Source: a virus
Taxonomy: Duplodnaviria > Caudoviricetes
DNA length: 64,000 nucleotides
Strand: one strand, 5' to 3'
IMG/VR virus record: IMGVR_UViG_3300033757_000347
Shown one piece after another: positions 1 through 10,396 of the stretch (positions are counted from its first letter, which is position 1; each line of letters opens with the position of its first letter). The translations under genes and the position numbers were made by a program. The notes beneath the pieces are model-generated. The model was not told the DNA's origin. It saw only the letters and a program-made list of their open reading frames with translations, and did not search any database.

Positions 1-222
1 AACCGAGTGGTTGAATCGTTGGAAGAGATGGTGGCAACGATGGATGCTCCGACCAAGACACCAACGAAGACTCCGACCAAGACTCCGACCAAACCCATGA
101 CTCCTAGCAAGCCGAGCCCAATTCCGACCAAGCGTCCATTCAAGACGCCAGAACCGGCAAAAGCTTCGGAAGAAGACGTTCTAAAAAGATTGAGAAGTAT
201 ACTAGATGGAACCAGTATTTAA
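1..222 (+). CDS. Hypothetical protein, 3' part (runs in from the window edge), with PTKT repeats
   Basis: Frame open from base 1; APTKTPTKTPTKTPTKP low-complexity linker. Confidence 0.6.
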   Translation, partial: NRVVESLEEMVATMDAPTKTPTKTPTKTPTKPMTPSKPSPIPTKRPFKTPEPAKASEEDVLKRLRSILDGTSI

Positions 223-1630
223 GAATTTCGTTCAGTTCGTAAACGAAGCGGACATTAAGGACAACCCAGCGATAAGCCCGGAGTACTTTGCTTCGCTGAA
301 CAAGCGAGCAGAAGCAGCAGTCCGTAGGATCGAGCAGAGACACGGACCTGAGATGGCAAGAATGATGCAGTTCGTCATGGAAGTTCAATCCATGCAGAGA
401 GGAAAGGAACGTGCTCTGGAAGCTCTAGCGGAGGATGTCATACTCGATGAGTTCGGTTCCATTCTGGGAGATACAAAGCTTGACATCAAGTTCTCAGATC
501 CGATAGAACTGAGTGCAATGATGAAGAATCCTAACCAGGAAGAGGAAGAAGAAGTGCAGATGCAGAGAATAGAGGACGAAGACACTCGAACTGCTATTCA
601 CAAGCGTAAGATTCTAAATATGATAACTCAAGGAGAAGCATTAAACGCCAAGAAACTTTTCACCGGTGAAGTAGCGGTCGATGGTCTCAACAAGATATTC
701 GGAGAGCAAGCTGCAAGAAAGTTCATCGATCTTCTGGTGAAGATCACTGACATTGCTACTGCAATGGACTGGAGAATACCTGAAGACGTTGCTGCAGAGA
801 TGTGGGAACAAGGGTCAGGATTCAGCGGAGTTTCAAAGGTAGAGTGGAAACCTTCTAAGAAAGACATCGAAGGCGGAATGGGAGACGATGATGAATCGGA
901 AGAAGGAGAGGAAGGGTCTGAAGAAGCAACCATCGTTGCTAGAGGCCTTGACTTTTCCATGCTCGTTCACGAAGCGATAAAGGGAATCTACAGCTTGATA
1001 AACCAAGGAGGGTTAGCTCACCTTGACGACGAGACGATAAAGAAAGTCATGATGAATGCTGATACGATGCAGGACGAGATTCAGGATCTTAAGCGTGGGA
1101 AGCTTACTGCTGCTGATCTTAGGGATTTTCTAAACACTTTCCCTGAAGTCGGAAACATTCCGAACGGAAGGCAGTACGTTTGGGGAAAGATGATAGACGC
1201 TAACGTCGTTCCGGATAAGGATTTTCTGGAACTAATGAAGCTGATATTTACCAGCGCTCCAATCTACAAATCTAGAGAAGAAGCTGGAATAGAGTACACC
1301 GAGCAGGATAGAGCTGGAGCAGAGGAATCTTTTTCAAAAGCAAAGGCAAAGATTCAGGCTCTGATAGATATGATAAAGCAGGAACTTTCAGATTGGGAAG
1401 AATCGCAGCGACCTCGGTCAGTTTACGACGATGACGATGACGAGGAAACTGTCCTCCCAGGAGAAGAAACCGAAACTCCTTGGTTGAACGAGCCAGCAGA
1501 AGAAAAGCCTATGAGCAAGAGAGAAATTCAGGATCTCATAGACAGAGCTCTAGACCGCAGAGATTTTGCCGAAGTCGCTAGGTTGTCACAACTTCAAGTG
1601 AACGAAGCAGCAAAAAATGACGAACCGTAA
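206..1630 (+). CDS. Acidic hypothetical protein, possibly an internal virion protein
   Basis: 474-aa ORF; N-terminus FKNFVQFVNE; C-terminal UVR-like LIDRALDRRDFAEVARL. Confidence 0.7.
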   Translation: MEPVFKNFVQFVNEADIKDNPAISPEYFASLNKRAEAAVRRIEQRHGPEMARMMQFVMEVQSMQRGKERALEALAEDVILDEFGSILGDTKLDIKFSDPIELSAMMKNPNQEEEEEVQMQRIEDEDTRTAIHKRKILNMITQGEALNAKKLFTGEVAVDGLNKIFGEQAARKFIDLLVKITDIATAMDWRIPEDVAAEMWEQGSGFSGVSKVEWKPSKKDIEGGMGDDDESEEGEEGSEEATIVARGLDFSMLVHEAIKGIYSLINQGGLAHLDDETIKKVMMNADTMQDEIQDLKRGKLTAADLRDFLNTFPEVGNIPNGRQYVWGKMIDANVVPDKDFLELMKLIFTSAPIYKSREEAGIEYTEQDRAGAEESFSKAKAKIQALIDMIKQELSDWEESQRPRSVYDDDDDEETVLPGEETETPWLNEPAEEKPMSKREIQDLIDRALDRRDFAEVARLSQLQVNEAAKNDEP

Positions 1631-1631
1631 C

Positions 1632-2317
1632 ATGCGCAAGATTTTTAATTTCGATCAATTTGTCAACGAAGAGTTAAGCCAAGAAGAAAAAGACCGAATT
1701 CGTCGGGAGGCTGAAGATTTCGGAGAACTTTACAGGGCTGGAGTCATAGAACCCAAGCAGTACGATAAGTTTAGGAGAAAACTTTACCGAAGCATGGGCG
1801 GTGGGATGGACCCAATAACCGACCCAACGTTAGGCGAAGTCATTGCTCCGGAACTTTTTCAAGCTATGCAGACTCCAGAATTTCAAGCTTTGGCTGAAGA
1901 TGGTTGGACAGTATCGTCAACTCCCTTGCAAATTTTAACGGAACGGTTGCTATCACCACTAACTCAGCGAACAGAAACGGTCCAAACGGCTGGCCTACTT
2001 CCATAGCTATTACCAAAAACGGTTACGTTAGAAGAATATGGTCCGGAAGAGGGTACGTCGGTCAAGCAAGATCTCGTGAAGAACAAGGCGGGCAACCACA
2101 AGTGATGATATCCGGTCTTCCTGGAACAGGAACAGAACGTTACCAGAACGCGTTTCGTTGGATACGCGGAAACATCGATCCAACTAGTCCAAACTTAAAC
2201 TCTCTGCCGAAGATCAAGAGGAACGATGGCGGAACCGGAATTAAAAGGTACGGCGTAACGTACGCGGAACAAGAACGGCTAAGAAGAGAGCAGGAAAGGC
2301 AGAGAAGAGGTCACTAA
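1632..2317 (+). CDS. Hypothetical protein interrupted by an apparent frameshift near 1933-1936
   Basis: ORFs 1617-2006 and 1904-2317 join as ...TPLQI/FNGTVAIT across a T-run; start MRKIFNFDQFVNE. Confidence 0.5.
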
Positions 2318-2397
2318 TTCCAATCACTTTCATTTTTTGGTAAGTTAGCATCCTACGACTAGGAAATGAAATGTTATTCACTTAAATTCAAACAGAA

Positions 2398-2562
2398 ATG
2401 AAACTTAAAAGTATCATTCCGATCGCTTTGATCGGAGCAGTCTTGGTTTTTGCATTCATGCTCGTGACGGGGTTCATAAGCTTCAGCAACCAATTCGTTC
2501 CTGACGAGAACAACCCGCTCAAGACTAAGGAGGATTACTTTGACAGTTACCGTCCTTGGTAA
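2398..2562 (+). CDS. Small membrane protein
   Basis: 54-aa ORF MKLKSIIPIALIGAVLVFAFML..., below the ORF-track cutoff. Confidence 0.45.
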   Translation: MKLKSIIPIALIGAVLVFAFMLVTGFISFSNQFVPDENNPLKTKEDYFDSYRPW

Positions 2563-2618
2563 GAATGCAAAACCATTATTCTGATTGTGATACAATATAA
2601 TTACACACAATTCTTGCT

Positions 2619-2876
2619 ATGAAAAAATTAAGATTTGAACACCTGTTTTTCGCCGTTCTCCTTTTTGGTTTGATAGGCTTTGTGATAACTTCTTGCACAA
2701 ATATGGTCAACCAAAACGGCCAGGAGTTCGAAGTTTCTATACAACTCGATCCAAACCACGTGATAGAAGTAGAAGGCTGCGAGTATTTCGTAGTCGATTC
2801 GTATGGGGCTCTAACGTACGTTCACAAAGGAAACTGTAAGAACCCTATACACTGCTACAACCAAGTTGAAAAATAA
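2619..2876 (+). CDS. Lipoprotein (paralog of 6593-6865)
   Basis: Signal peptide with TSC lipobox; shared EGCEY...HKGNCK motif. Confidence 0.65.
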   Translation: MKKLRFEHLFFAVLLFGLIGFVITSCTNMVNQNGQEFEVSIQLDPNHVIEVEGCEYFVVDSYGALTYVHKGNCKNPIHCYNQVEK

Positions 2877-2884
2877 GTTCGTAA

Positions 2885-4720
2885 ATGACGAAACAGAACA
2901 AAGAAATTAGCGAAAAGTACCAGCTATTGGACGAGATAGAGCACGTGCTCAAACGTCCGGGAATGTACATCGGCTCGACCAAACCGCACACTGCCCAGGA
3001 ATGGATCCTTAAGGACGGAATGTACGAGAAGGAAGAACTGACTTACAACCCAGGTTTCCTAAAACTTTTTGATGAGATCATTTCCAACTCAGTAGACGAG
3101 TACAAGAGGACAGGAAAGGTAACCACAATCAAAGTCATGGTGGTTAGCGACACTATCTCCGTCTTCGACAACGGTGGAATACCCGTCATTCAGCACACCG
3201 ATCACAAGCAGTGGATCCCTGAGATGATATTCTCGAACCTTCGTGCTGGCTCTAACTTCGACGATGACGAGAGCAGAATCGTTGCAGGAACTAACGGTAT
3301 CGGAGCAACTGCTGTAAACATCTTCTCAACTAAGTTCATGGTGAACACGGCGGACGGAAAGAACCAGTTCGTTCAGGTTTACACCGACAACATGTCAAAG
3401 AAGACCCAACCGAAAGTGTCAGGTTCTTCTCGCAGTTTCACAGAGATCACTTACACTCCGGATCTTAAGAGGTTCGGCATGGACAGCATAGACGATGCTC
3501 ACATCAAGATGATGAGAAAGCGAGTCATTGACATCGCTGCTTGCAATCCCGGTTTGCGCTTGGAGTTCAACACCGAAAAATTCAGGTTCAAAACCTTCAA
3601 GGAATACGTTGACACTTACGTGAAGGACTGCGTGTGGGAAAAATCAAAGGACTGGGAAATAGCGATAGGAGTTTCCAAGGACGGGTTTCAATCCGTTTCC
3701 TTCGTGAATTCCATAGCAACCAAGGAGGGGGGAACTCACGAGAACTTCATCCTTTACCAAGCGGTCGAAGCCATCAGAGCAATGATCAAGAAGAAGCACA
3801 AAGTTGAAGTTAAACCTGCAGAGATCAGAGCACACATGTTTCTGTTCATGAACTGCACCATCGTCAACCCAGCTTTCGATTCTCAGACCAAGACCAGGTT
3901 GATTACTGAACCTAAGGATTTTGGAACTACTCACAAAGTTTCGGATAAGTTCAACAAAGCCCTGTTCGAGTCAGAGGTTGTCCAATCGCTTCTTGATTGG
4001 ATCGAACAGAAGAAAGCAGCGGAGGAAAGAACCGAACTCAGAAAGCTCAACAAGACTCTTGGAACGGCAAAGATACTCAAGCTCATAGATGCTAAGGGAC
4101 GTGACCGTAACAAGTGCGTTCTCGGAATATTCGAAGGAAACTCTGCAGTTTCAGCCGTTCGAAAGTTCAGAGACCCTCAAATTTTTGGTGGGTTTCCTCT
4201 TAAGGGAAAGTTCATAAACGTGAGCGAGATGACTAACGCTGAGGTCATCAAGAACGACGAAGCTGTTCAGCTAATGGGAGCGTTAGGAATAAAGTTCGGA
4301 GAGTACCCAAGCAGCTTGAGGTACGGGAAGATCTACTTGTACACCGATGCAGATCCGGACGGCGATCACATTGCTGCTTCGCTGTTGAATTTTTTCGACA
4401 AGTATTGGCCGGATCTCATCAATCACGGAAGAATATTTCGAGTCATGACTCCGCTCGTTGTTGCAAAGAAGGGAAAGGAAACTCTGCTGTTCTACACTGA
4501 TGCTGAATTTTCCGCTTGGGAAAAGAAGCACGCTAAGGGTTGGGACATTGAGTACAAGAAAGGTTTAGCAGCTTTGGAGGACGAGGAATACAAGGAAATC
4601 ATTCACAAACCCGTTCTTCTGAAGCTCAGCAACGATGACAATTACAAGCAGAGCTTGCAGGACTGGTTCGGACCCGACCCATCTGTGAGAAAGGAAAAAT
4701 TGCTGGCAAAGTCAGTATAA
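2885..4720 (+). CDS. Type IIA DNA topoisomerase, ATPase/TOPRIM subunit (T4 gp39+60-like)
   Basis: EHVLKRPGMYIGS, EIISNSVDE, GTNGIG, EGNSA, PLKGK, TDADPDGDHI, YKKGLA. Confidence 0.95.
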   Translation: MTKQNKEISEKYQLLDEIEHVLKRPGMYIGSTKPHTAQEWILKDGMYEKEELTYNPGFLKLFDEIISNSVDEYKRTGKVTTIKVMVVSDTISVFDNGGIPVIQHTDHKQWIPEMIFSNLRAGSNFDDDESRIVAGTNGIGATAVNIFSTKFMVNTADGKNQFVQVYTDNMSKKTQPKVSGSSRSFTEITYTPDLKRFGMDSIDDAHIKMMRKRVIDIAACNPGLRLEFNTEKFRFKTFKEYVDTYVKDCVWEKSKDWEIAIGVSKDGFQSVSFVNSIATKEGGTHENFILYQAVEAIRAMIKKKHKVEVKPAEIRAHMFLFMNCTIVNPAFDSQTKTRLITEPKDFGTTHKVSDKFNKALFESEVVQSLLDWIEQKKAAEERTELRKLNKTLGTAKILKLIDAKGRDRNKCVLGIFEGNSAVSAVRKFRDPQIFGGFPLKGKFINVSEMTNAEVIKNDEAVQLMGALGIKFGEYPSSLRYGKIYLYTDADPDGDHIAASLLNFFDKYWPDLINHGRIFRVMTPLVVAKKGKETLLFYTDAEFSAWEKKHAKGWDIEYKKGLAALEDEEYKEIIHKPVLLKLSNDDNYKQSLQDWFGPDPSVRKEKLLAKSV

Positions 4721-4744
4721 TATCAGAAACTTAACAAAAATAGG

Positions 4745-5494
4745 ATGTCTACTAATATCTTATCACTAACTGAAAAATTAGAGTTTTTGGACTTAGCAAT
4801 AACTTTTCGAAACTCTTTGCAATTCAAGTATTCAGCAGATGAAAAACACGACTATGCTCTACTGGATTGGTTTGCTGAATTCGGTCATTTTCGAGTGTAT
4901 CGTCGGTACGATGTTAAATGCTACGAACTCTATCTGTCAACAGAAAACGGCTTGACCATTCGGTTGGGCACAATATCGGACCCCCCAATGACTGAGTACT
5001 GCGAACAAACTACTGCTGAAATTAACGATGTGGGCAGAGTTAATGGGTTGAAACGAAAATTCGAATACATGAAATACGCTTGGACAAAGGTCAAAGACAG
5101 AAATATTCGGTACTGTACAAGCAACTTATTGCGAACTCCTGACGAAGTGCAAATTTTGTTCCAAGGAAACGCGAATTATCGATTTTCGAATTCACCGGAA
5201 ACGGAGAAATCAGTAATCAAACACACAAAGGAAGTTTTGAATTTACTTTTTTCTCTCGAACAAATGGAAATTAAAAAACTAAAGCCCAAAAAAGAGATAA
5301 ACGTAGGCGATTCGTTCAGGACCAACGGCCTGAGCCTTCAGCCGGGAGGGTCAATAGTTAGAGTAGTTTACTCTGACGGGCCTGACAGAATTTACGATAA
5401 GGTGAAGAGTGTTGAACGGTACACGGCTAGCTTGAAGAAAAGGGCTAACGTTGCCGAGATCCACGTGAACGGCTCATTGTACTGGAAGAAATGA
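4745..5494 (+). CDS. Hypothetical protein
   Basis: 249-aa ORF. Confidence 0.6.
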   Translation: MSTNILSLTEKLEFLDLAITFRNSLQFKYSADEKHDYALLDWFAEFGHFRVYRRYDVKCYELYLSTENGLTIRLGTISDPPMTEYCEQTTAEINDVGRVNGLKRKFEYMKYAWTKVKDRNIRYCTSNLLRTPDEVQILFQGNANYRFSNSPETEKSVIKHTKEVLNLLFSLEQMEIKKLKPKKEINVGDSFRTNGLSLQPGGSIVRVVYSDGPDRIYDKVKSVERYTASLKKRANVAEIHVNGSLYWKK

Positions 5495-5655
5495 AATGGA
5501 AACAAATAGACGACTTCCTAGGAAAGGTCGCTAAGTGGATCGTTTGGCTGATAGTAGCGGCGGCGATTGGGTACTTTATTTACAACTACGTCCTTCCTTA
5601 CTGGGAAGGCAAGTATAAGTTCTTCATAGAGTACAACGAAAAGACAAAGAAATGA
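5491..5655 (+). CDS. Small membrane protein
   Basis: ATGA-coupled at both ends; hydrophobic stretch WIVWLIVAAAIGYFIY. Confidence 0.55.
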   Translation: MKWKQIDDFLGKVAKWIVWLIVAAAIGYFIYNYVLPYWEGKYKFFIEYNEKTKK

Positions 5656-5984
5656 AAACTCTAAAATCTGTTCCGTGGTTAACTATCCTACTGTTCGTGG
5701 GATTGGTCATCCTCACTTCTAGCTGCGCTAACACGTGCGGTCAGATGGACTACTACACAAACACCTTCATAGAACCGAAGACGTACGGTTTCTTCGGCGG
5801 GTTCTTTCACGGAATATTCATGCCGTTCAGCTTCGTTGGCAGCTTGATCAGCCCATGCATTGAGATGTACGCGTCTAACCACGTTAAGGGTTGGTACGAT
5901 TTTGGTTACCTTTGCGGAGTGATCCTTTCCATCGGAGGAGGTATAAGACTATCAGCAGTAGCAAAAAAAGAACTCTATGGCTAG
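5652..5984 (+). CDS. Membrane lipoprotein
   Basis: TSSC lipobox; GFFGGFFHG...WYDFGY motif. Confidence 0.65.
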   Translation: MKTLKSVPWLTILLFVGLVILTSSCANTCGQMDYYTNTFIEPKTYGFFGGFFHGIFMPFSFVGSLISPCIEMYASNHVKGWYDFGYLCGVILSIGGGIRLSAVAKKELYG

Positions 5985-6306
5985 CATAAGCATCAACGGT
6001 AAAGTGTACGTTGGAAACAGCATACACATCTCTAATAACAGAGTGGTGATCGACGGTATCGATCAAACTCCTGATTCTAAAAACATTAACATCGTTGTTG
6101 AAGGAAACGTTGCAACTCTGGAAGCAGACGTTTGCGACACGGTAACGGTAAACGAGCACGTCGGCTCAATCTCAACACAGACCGGAGATGTTGAAGTTTC
6201 AGGTAACGTTTCTGGCGACATAAAAACTCAGACCGGAGACGTGAAGTGTGAAGCTGTCGGCGGAAACGTGAAAACCCAAACGGGCGACATAAAATATCGA
6301 AAGTAA
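5977..6306 (+). CDS. Beta-repeat protein (DUF4097/adhesin-like repeats)
   Basis: Repeated (S/K)TQTGD(V/I) units. Confidence 0.6.
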   Translation: MASISINGKVYVGNSIHISNNRVVIDGIDQTPDSKNINIVVEGNVATLEADVCDTVTVNEHVGSISTQTGDVEVSGNVSGDIKTQTGDVKCEAVGGNVKTQTGDIKYRK

Positions 6307-6588
6307 ATGGCTAATTACACCAAACCTCACGATGACAATCACGAAGATTCTCCGCAGGATTGGTTAAACTCTGCTCTAACTTTTGCTAGAGCACTTGGCC
6401 TGATATTAAAAGAAACGGAGGGCGTGATAGTGGACGTCTCTGGAGACATGCAGTTCGAAGGAAACCCTCAAAAATTGATAGTCTTCAAGAAAGACAACAT
6501 GATCCGAATAATTGCAGCAGACGAACAAGCCGACAATGTTCCGGAAGGAACTCTCATTTGGATGCACGAATCATTTTCAAAAAATTAA
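6307..6588 (+). CDS. Hypothetical protein
   Basis: 93-aa ORF abutting the previous gene. Confidence 0.6.
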   Translation: MANYTKPHDDNHEDSPQDWLNSALTFARALGLILKETEGVIVDVSGDMQFEGNPQKLIVFKKDNMIRIIAADEQADNVPEGTLIWMHESFSKN

Positions 6589-6592
6589 AAGC

Positions 6593-6865
6593 ATGAAAAA
6601 AATCGCATTCTTTATCCTAGCTATTTTTACGATAGTATCTGTTAGCTGTTGCGCTCCTCCAAAAACGGTTGACCCAGAAAAAACCGTCTCCGATAAAACA
6701 ACGGTTCGCGAGTACAAAGTCGGAAACTTCGGTATGTACGAAGTCGTTGAAATAGAAGGTTGTGAGTACGTTGTGTACGACGGCTTTGAAGCTGGCGGCA
6801 TAACTCACAAAGGAAACTGCAAGTACTGCGAGCAGAAACGAAAAGAGCAGCTGAGGTACCAGTAA
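6593..6865 (+). CDS. Lipoprotein (paralog of 2619-2876)
   Basis: MKKIAFFILAIFTIVSVSC; EGCEY...HKGNCK. Confidence 0.65.
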   Translation: MKKIAFFILAIFTIVSVSCCAPPKTVDPEKTVSDKTTVREYKVGNFGMYEVVEIEGCEYVVYDGFEAGGITHKGNCKYCEQKRKEQLRYQ

Positions 6866-6880
6866 AATAATCAAACCAAA

Positions 6881-7114
6881 ATGGTAGATTTTGTAATTCA
6901 ATTCCTTGCAACAACCCTGCTATTAGTGGGATTGTGGATAATGGGAAACAAAAAATTGATCGGTGTGCTGATGGTAGTCGTTGCAGAGGTATTTACGACA
7001 ATGGTAGGTATCATGTACGGAACTTGGAGCATCATCGTGATCGGAGTTTGCTTAACTGTCGTTCAAGGAAGAAACTTCATCAAGTGGAGAAAAGAAAAAA
7101 CGCCCTGGTGGTAA
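6881..7114 (+). CDS. Small membrane protein (PnuC-like/TM)
   Basis: Three hydrophobic segments. Confidence 0.5.
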   Translation: MVDFVIQFLATTLLLVGLWIMGNKKLIGVLMVVVAEVFTTMVGIMYGTWSIIVIGVCLTVVQGRNFIKWRKEKTPWW

Positions 7115-7123
7115 GATAATAAT

Positions 7124-8521
7124 ATGCAGCAACAGATAATTAACAAGACCGTTTCTCAATACTTAGACGAGGATTACGCTCTGTACGGAATGTACACTCT
7201 GGAGAACAGAGCTATTCCGTCGGTCATAGACGGTTTCAAGCCAACTCAGCGCAAGATCATATACGTCGCCGACCGAGTTTGGAGGTCCGGTAACGAGAAG
7301 CCGCTCAAGATATTCCAGCTAGGAGGAAAGATTGCATCGGAAGCTCACTATCACCACGGTGACGGTAGCTTGAACGTTGCTATCGTTGGAATGGCCCAAT
7401 CGTTCAAGAACTCGTTACCTCTTCTCGAAGAGATCGGTCAGTTCGGTTCGCTGAGGTCTCCTGAAGCCGGTGCGCCAAGGTACATCTCAACCAAAACTAC
7501 TAAGAACTTCCGGCTTCTTTACAAGGATTTCGAGCTCCTCGAAAATCAGATCGACGAGGGAGACGAGATAGAACCAAAGTACTTCCTTCCGATCATACCG
7601 ACAGTCCTTCTCAACGGTAGTTCTGGGATCGCTGTCGGGTTTGCCACCAACATACTGAATAGGAATCCAATCGACCTTATCGATGCGTGCCTGAGAGTGT
7701 TGGATGGGAAACCTGTTGGAAAGCTTTTACCGTGGTGGAGAGATTACAGCGGAAGAGTTGAACAAGTCGACAGCACCAACCAGTACATCATGCACGGTTC
7801 GTACAGAGTGCTGAACACAACGACTGTGGAAGTAACTGAGCTGCCTCCGTCGATAACGTTTGCTAAGTACGAAGCTCACCTGAACTCTCTTCTCGAGCGA
7901 GGCATCATCTACAATTACGAGGACAATTCTTCGAGCGGGATAAATTACGTCATAAAATTCTCTAGAGCTACTCTAGCTAAGCTAATGTCGAAAGGTCGGT
8001 TGGAAAGCACGCTGAAGATGCTGGAAACCGAGACCGAAAATTTGACCTGCTTGAACGAGCACGGAAAACTCATAGAGTTCAGCACAGTGCCGGAAGTCGT
8101 AGAGTACTTCACAAAGTTTCGTCTCTCGTTCTACGACAAGAGGAAAGCTTACTTGATCGATAAGTACAACCGAGAACTAAAAGTTCTTAGCAACCGTGCA
8201 AGGTTCGTAAAGAGCATAATAGAAAAGAAACTGACCATTAACAACGTTCCAAAAGCTCAGATCGTTCTTTACTTGGAAACGGCTAACTTTGATGAGATCG
8301 ACGGATCCTATTCCTACTTGCTGAACATGCCGATCCACTCTCTTACTAAGGAAACCTACGAACAGTTGCTAAAGGAAGTTGAGGACAAAAAAGTTGAGAT
8401 AGCTGAGATCTCCAAACGTCAGCCTATCGACATGTACAGGGAAGACCTTCTGAAGCTGAAGCAGACGCTAAGGTCGGAAGAAAATTCAACTGACCATACC
8501 CGAAAAAGAAAGGTAAAATAG
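7124..8521 (+). CDS. Type IIA DNA topoisomerase, breakage-reunion subunit (T4 gp52-like)
   Basis: RAIPSVIDGFKPTQRK, YHHGD, GAPRYI (catalytic Tyr), LLNGSSGIAVG. Confidence 0.95.
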   Translation: MQQQIINKTVSQYLDEDYALYGMYTLENRAIPSVIDGFKPTQRKIIYVADRVWRSGNEKPLKIFQLGGKIASEAHYHHGDGSLNVAIVGMAQSFKNSLPLLEEIGQFGSLRSPEAGAPRYISTKTTKNFRLLYKDFELLENQIDEGDEIEPKYFLPIIPTVLLNGSSGIAVGFATNILNRNPIDLIDACLRVLDGKPVGKLLPWWRDYSGRVEQVDSTNQYIMHGSYRVLNTTTVEVTELPPSITFAKYEAHLNSLLERGIIYNYEDNSSSGINYVIKFSRATLAKLMSKGRLESTLKMLETETENLTCLNEHGKLIEFSTVPEVVEYFTKFRLSFYDKRKAYLIDKYNRELKVLSNRARFVKSIIEKKLTINNVPKAQIVLYLETANFDEIDGSYSYLLNMPIHSLTKETYEQLLKEVEDKKVEIAEISKRQPIDMYREDLLKLKQTLRSEENSTDHTRKRKVK

Positions 8522-8525
8522 CAAC

Positions 8526-8714
8526 ATGCACACACTAGGTTACGCTTGCATCAACACAGCTCTATCAGCTAACGGACTGTCAGTCAACCGCGGAATGATT
8601 CGCCGGACTTTCGACAGCAAGGGTTTACCTTGGTGCGGTGAGCTAGCCGAAAAAAATTTGATCGACCTTCTTTCTGTCCTTACTTGGAACTACAACAATG
8701 GCATCCGATCCTGA
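8526..8714 (+). pseudogene. Truncated UV-damage endonuclease (UvsE/UVDE N-terminus only)
   Basis: LGYACIN...NLIDLLSVLTWNYNNGIR, then stop at 62 aa; the family is about 300 aa. Confidence 0.7.
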
Positions 8715-8809
8715 ACCAGCTTACTTGGAAATAAGCAACACTTACACTTTCTGGGTGGTAGCAACGGACATGAACAAAAAAGTGTTAGTTCCAAAATAAT
8801 CAGACAAAT

Positions 8810-9745
8810 ATGTACAAGATTTTTTCGGTAGACGGATCCTCACTAGCTGAGGGAATATGCGAGGAGCTTGGGTGCGAGCTCGGAAAGTTTAAGATCGACA
8901 AATTTTCCGACGGAGAGTTGAGCCCGCAATTTTTAGAGTCCGTCCGAGAAAAGAAAGTTTTCCTGGTTTCCAGCACAGTCACAGCAGAAAAGATAGTAGC
9001 AATGCTGCTCAGCATTGATGCTGCAAAAAGAGCTTCAGCTTCGGAAATAATCATGGTCATACCGTATTTCGGGTATTCACGGCAGGACAGAAAAGAGGGC
9101 GCTAGGGGTGCCATCGGAGCAAAGCTTATGGCTGATTTATTTCAAGCAGCGGGTGCAAACCGACTCATCTGCATCGATCTTCACTCTGAGCAGATACAAG
9201 GTTTCTTCAACATTCCAGTGAACCTTATACCTGGAAGCTTTGCGTTCAGCAAGTTCAGCAAAAAATTACCAGACGACGAGTACTGCGTCTGTTCACCCGA
9301 TGCAGGTGGGGTAAAGAGAGCTATGCGGTTTTACCAGAGGTTTCTTCGTCGCTTTCCTAGCGCAACGTTTGCAATGATGTCGAAGATCAGAACTCGTCCC
9401 AACGAGATCGAAAGAATGGACCTGATAGGAGAAGTAGAAGGAAAGCACGTTCTGCTGTTAGACGATATGGTGGACACGGGAGGGACTCTGATAAAAGCAG
9501 CCGAGCTCCTCAAGGCTGGAGGAGCTCGCAAAGTAACTGCTCTAATTTCTCACGGAGTTCTGTCAGGTAATGGTCACGAAAAGATAGCAAAGTCAGAGCA
9601 TTTGGACCAGCTCGTCATAACCGATTCAGTTCAACAGCCGGCAAATCCAAAGATAGAAGTGGTTAGCTGCGTTCACTCGTTGGCAGCAGCAATAGAAGCT
9701 GTGATCAACAAGATTTCCATGGACGAGCGGTTAGACCGCCTTTAG
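8810..9745 (+). CDS. prs: Ribose-phosphate pyrophosphokinase
   Basis: FSDGE, PYFGYSRQDRK, DLHSEQIQGFF, SPDAGG, LLDDMVDTGGT. Confidence 0.95.
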   Translation: MYKIFSVDGSSLAEGICEELGCELGKFKIDKFSDGELSPQFLESVREKKVFLVSSTVTAEKIVAMLLSIDAAKRASASEIIMVIPYFGYSRQDRKEGARGAIGAKLMADLFQAAGANRLICIDLHSEQIQGFFNIPVNLIPGSFAFSKFSKKLPDDEYCVCSPDAGGVKRAMRFYQRFLRRFPSATFAMMSKIRTRPNEIERMDLIGEVEGKHVLLLDDMVDTGGTLIKAAELLKAGGARKVTALISHGVLSGNGHEKIAKSEHLDQLVITDSVQQPANPKIEVVSCVHSLAAAIEAVINKISMDERLDRL

Positions 9746-10396
9746 CATAGCGATCAATTTTGGCTGAGGAGATAGGTCGTTCTTGTCCTTGCGAACAGAC
9801 GTGTGCGCGTAAAATCCAGGTTCTCCTCTGAGAGCTCGAACGTTAACGTCCCAGATGTCGTCAGAGTACTTGTAATCCCTTCCGTAACGCTGTTCCCAGA
9901 ATTTCATTAGTTCGTACAAACTTTCGATCTGAGCATCTGTGTAAGCGTGGTAGTACTTGTACCCACGGTAAGGAACGTCAAGTTCGCATACTTCGTCAAA
10001 CGGAACAACTCGGTTGACGTAATTCCTAAACTTTCCGTCCGTCCCCTTCGTCAGTTGACCCCAGTTACAAATTTCGACAGCGATACTGTTCTTGTCCAAG
10101 GATTTGTACGGCAGCCCGTAAAAATCGAAGATCTCTTCCTTTAAACCAAGGTGGTAAGCCCAGTACTTTGACGAGAAACCCTGAACGATCTCCCCGTCCT
10201 TCCAATTTCCGGTACTTCCAGGTTTTCCTCCTATTGCTATGCAAGTAGCTATTCTTTCAGGCGTGCTTGCCCACCACTCAAACGTCGCGAACGGATTTGG
10301 GTTTCCAGCGGTGTGGTGAAGGTACAGCTGAGTCTTGGTCGTTTCCTGTTTAATGTACTGATTGTCGGGAAACGGGTATTGCGTGATCGGTTTCAT
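9731..10396 (-). CDS. N-acetylmuramoyl-L-alanine amidase (Amidase_2 type; endolysin candidate)
   Basis: LHHTAG, AYHLG, SIAVEICN, YTDAQIESL, HTSVRKDKND..P. Confidence 0.85.
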   Translation of the reverse strand: MKPITQYPFPDNQYIKQETTKTQLYLHHTAGNPNPFATFEWWASTPERIATCIAIGGKPGSTGNWKDGEIVQGFSSKYWAYHLGLKEEIFDFYGLPYKSLDKNSIAVEICNWGQLTKGTDGKFRNYVNRVVPFDEVCELDVPYRGYKYYHAYTDAQIESLYELMKFWEQRYGRDYKYSDDIWDVNVRALRGEPGFYAHTSVRKDKNDLSPQPKLIAMLKAV

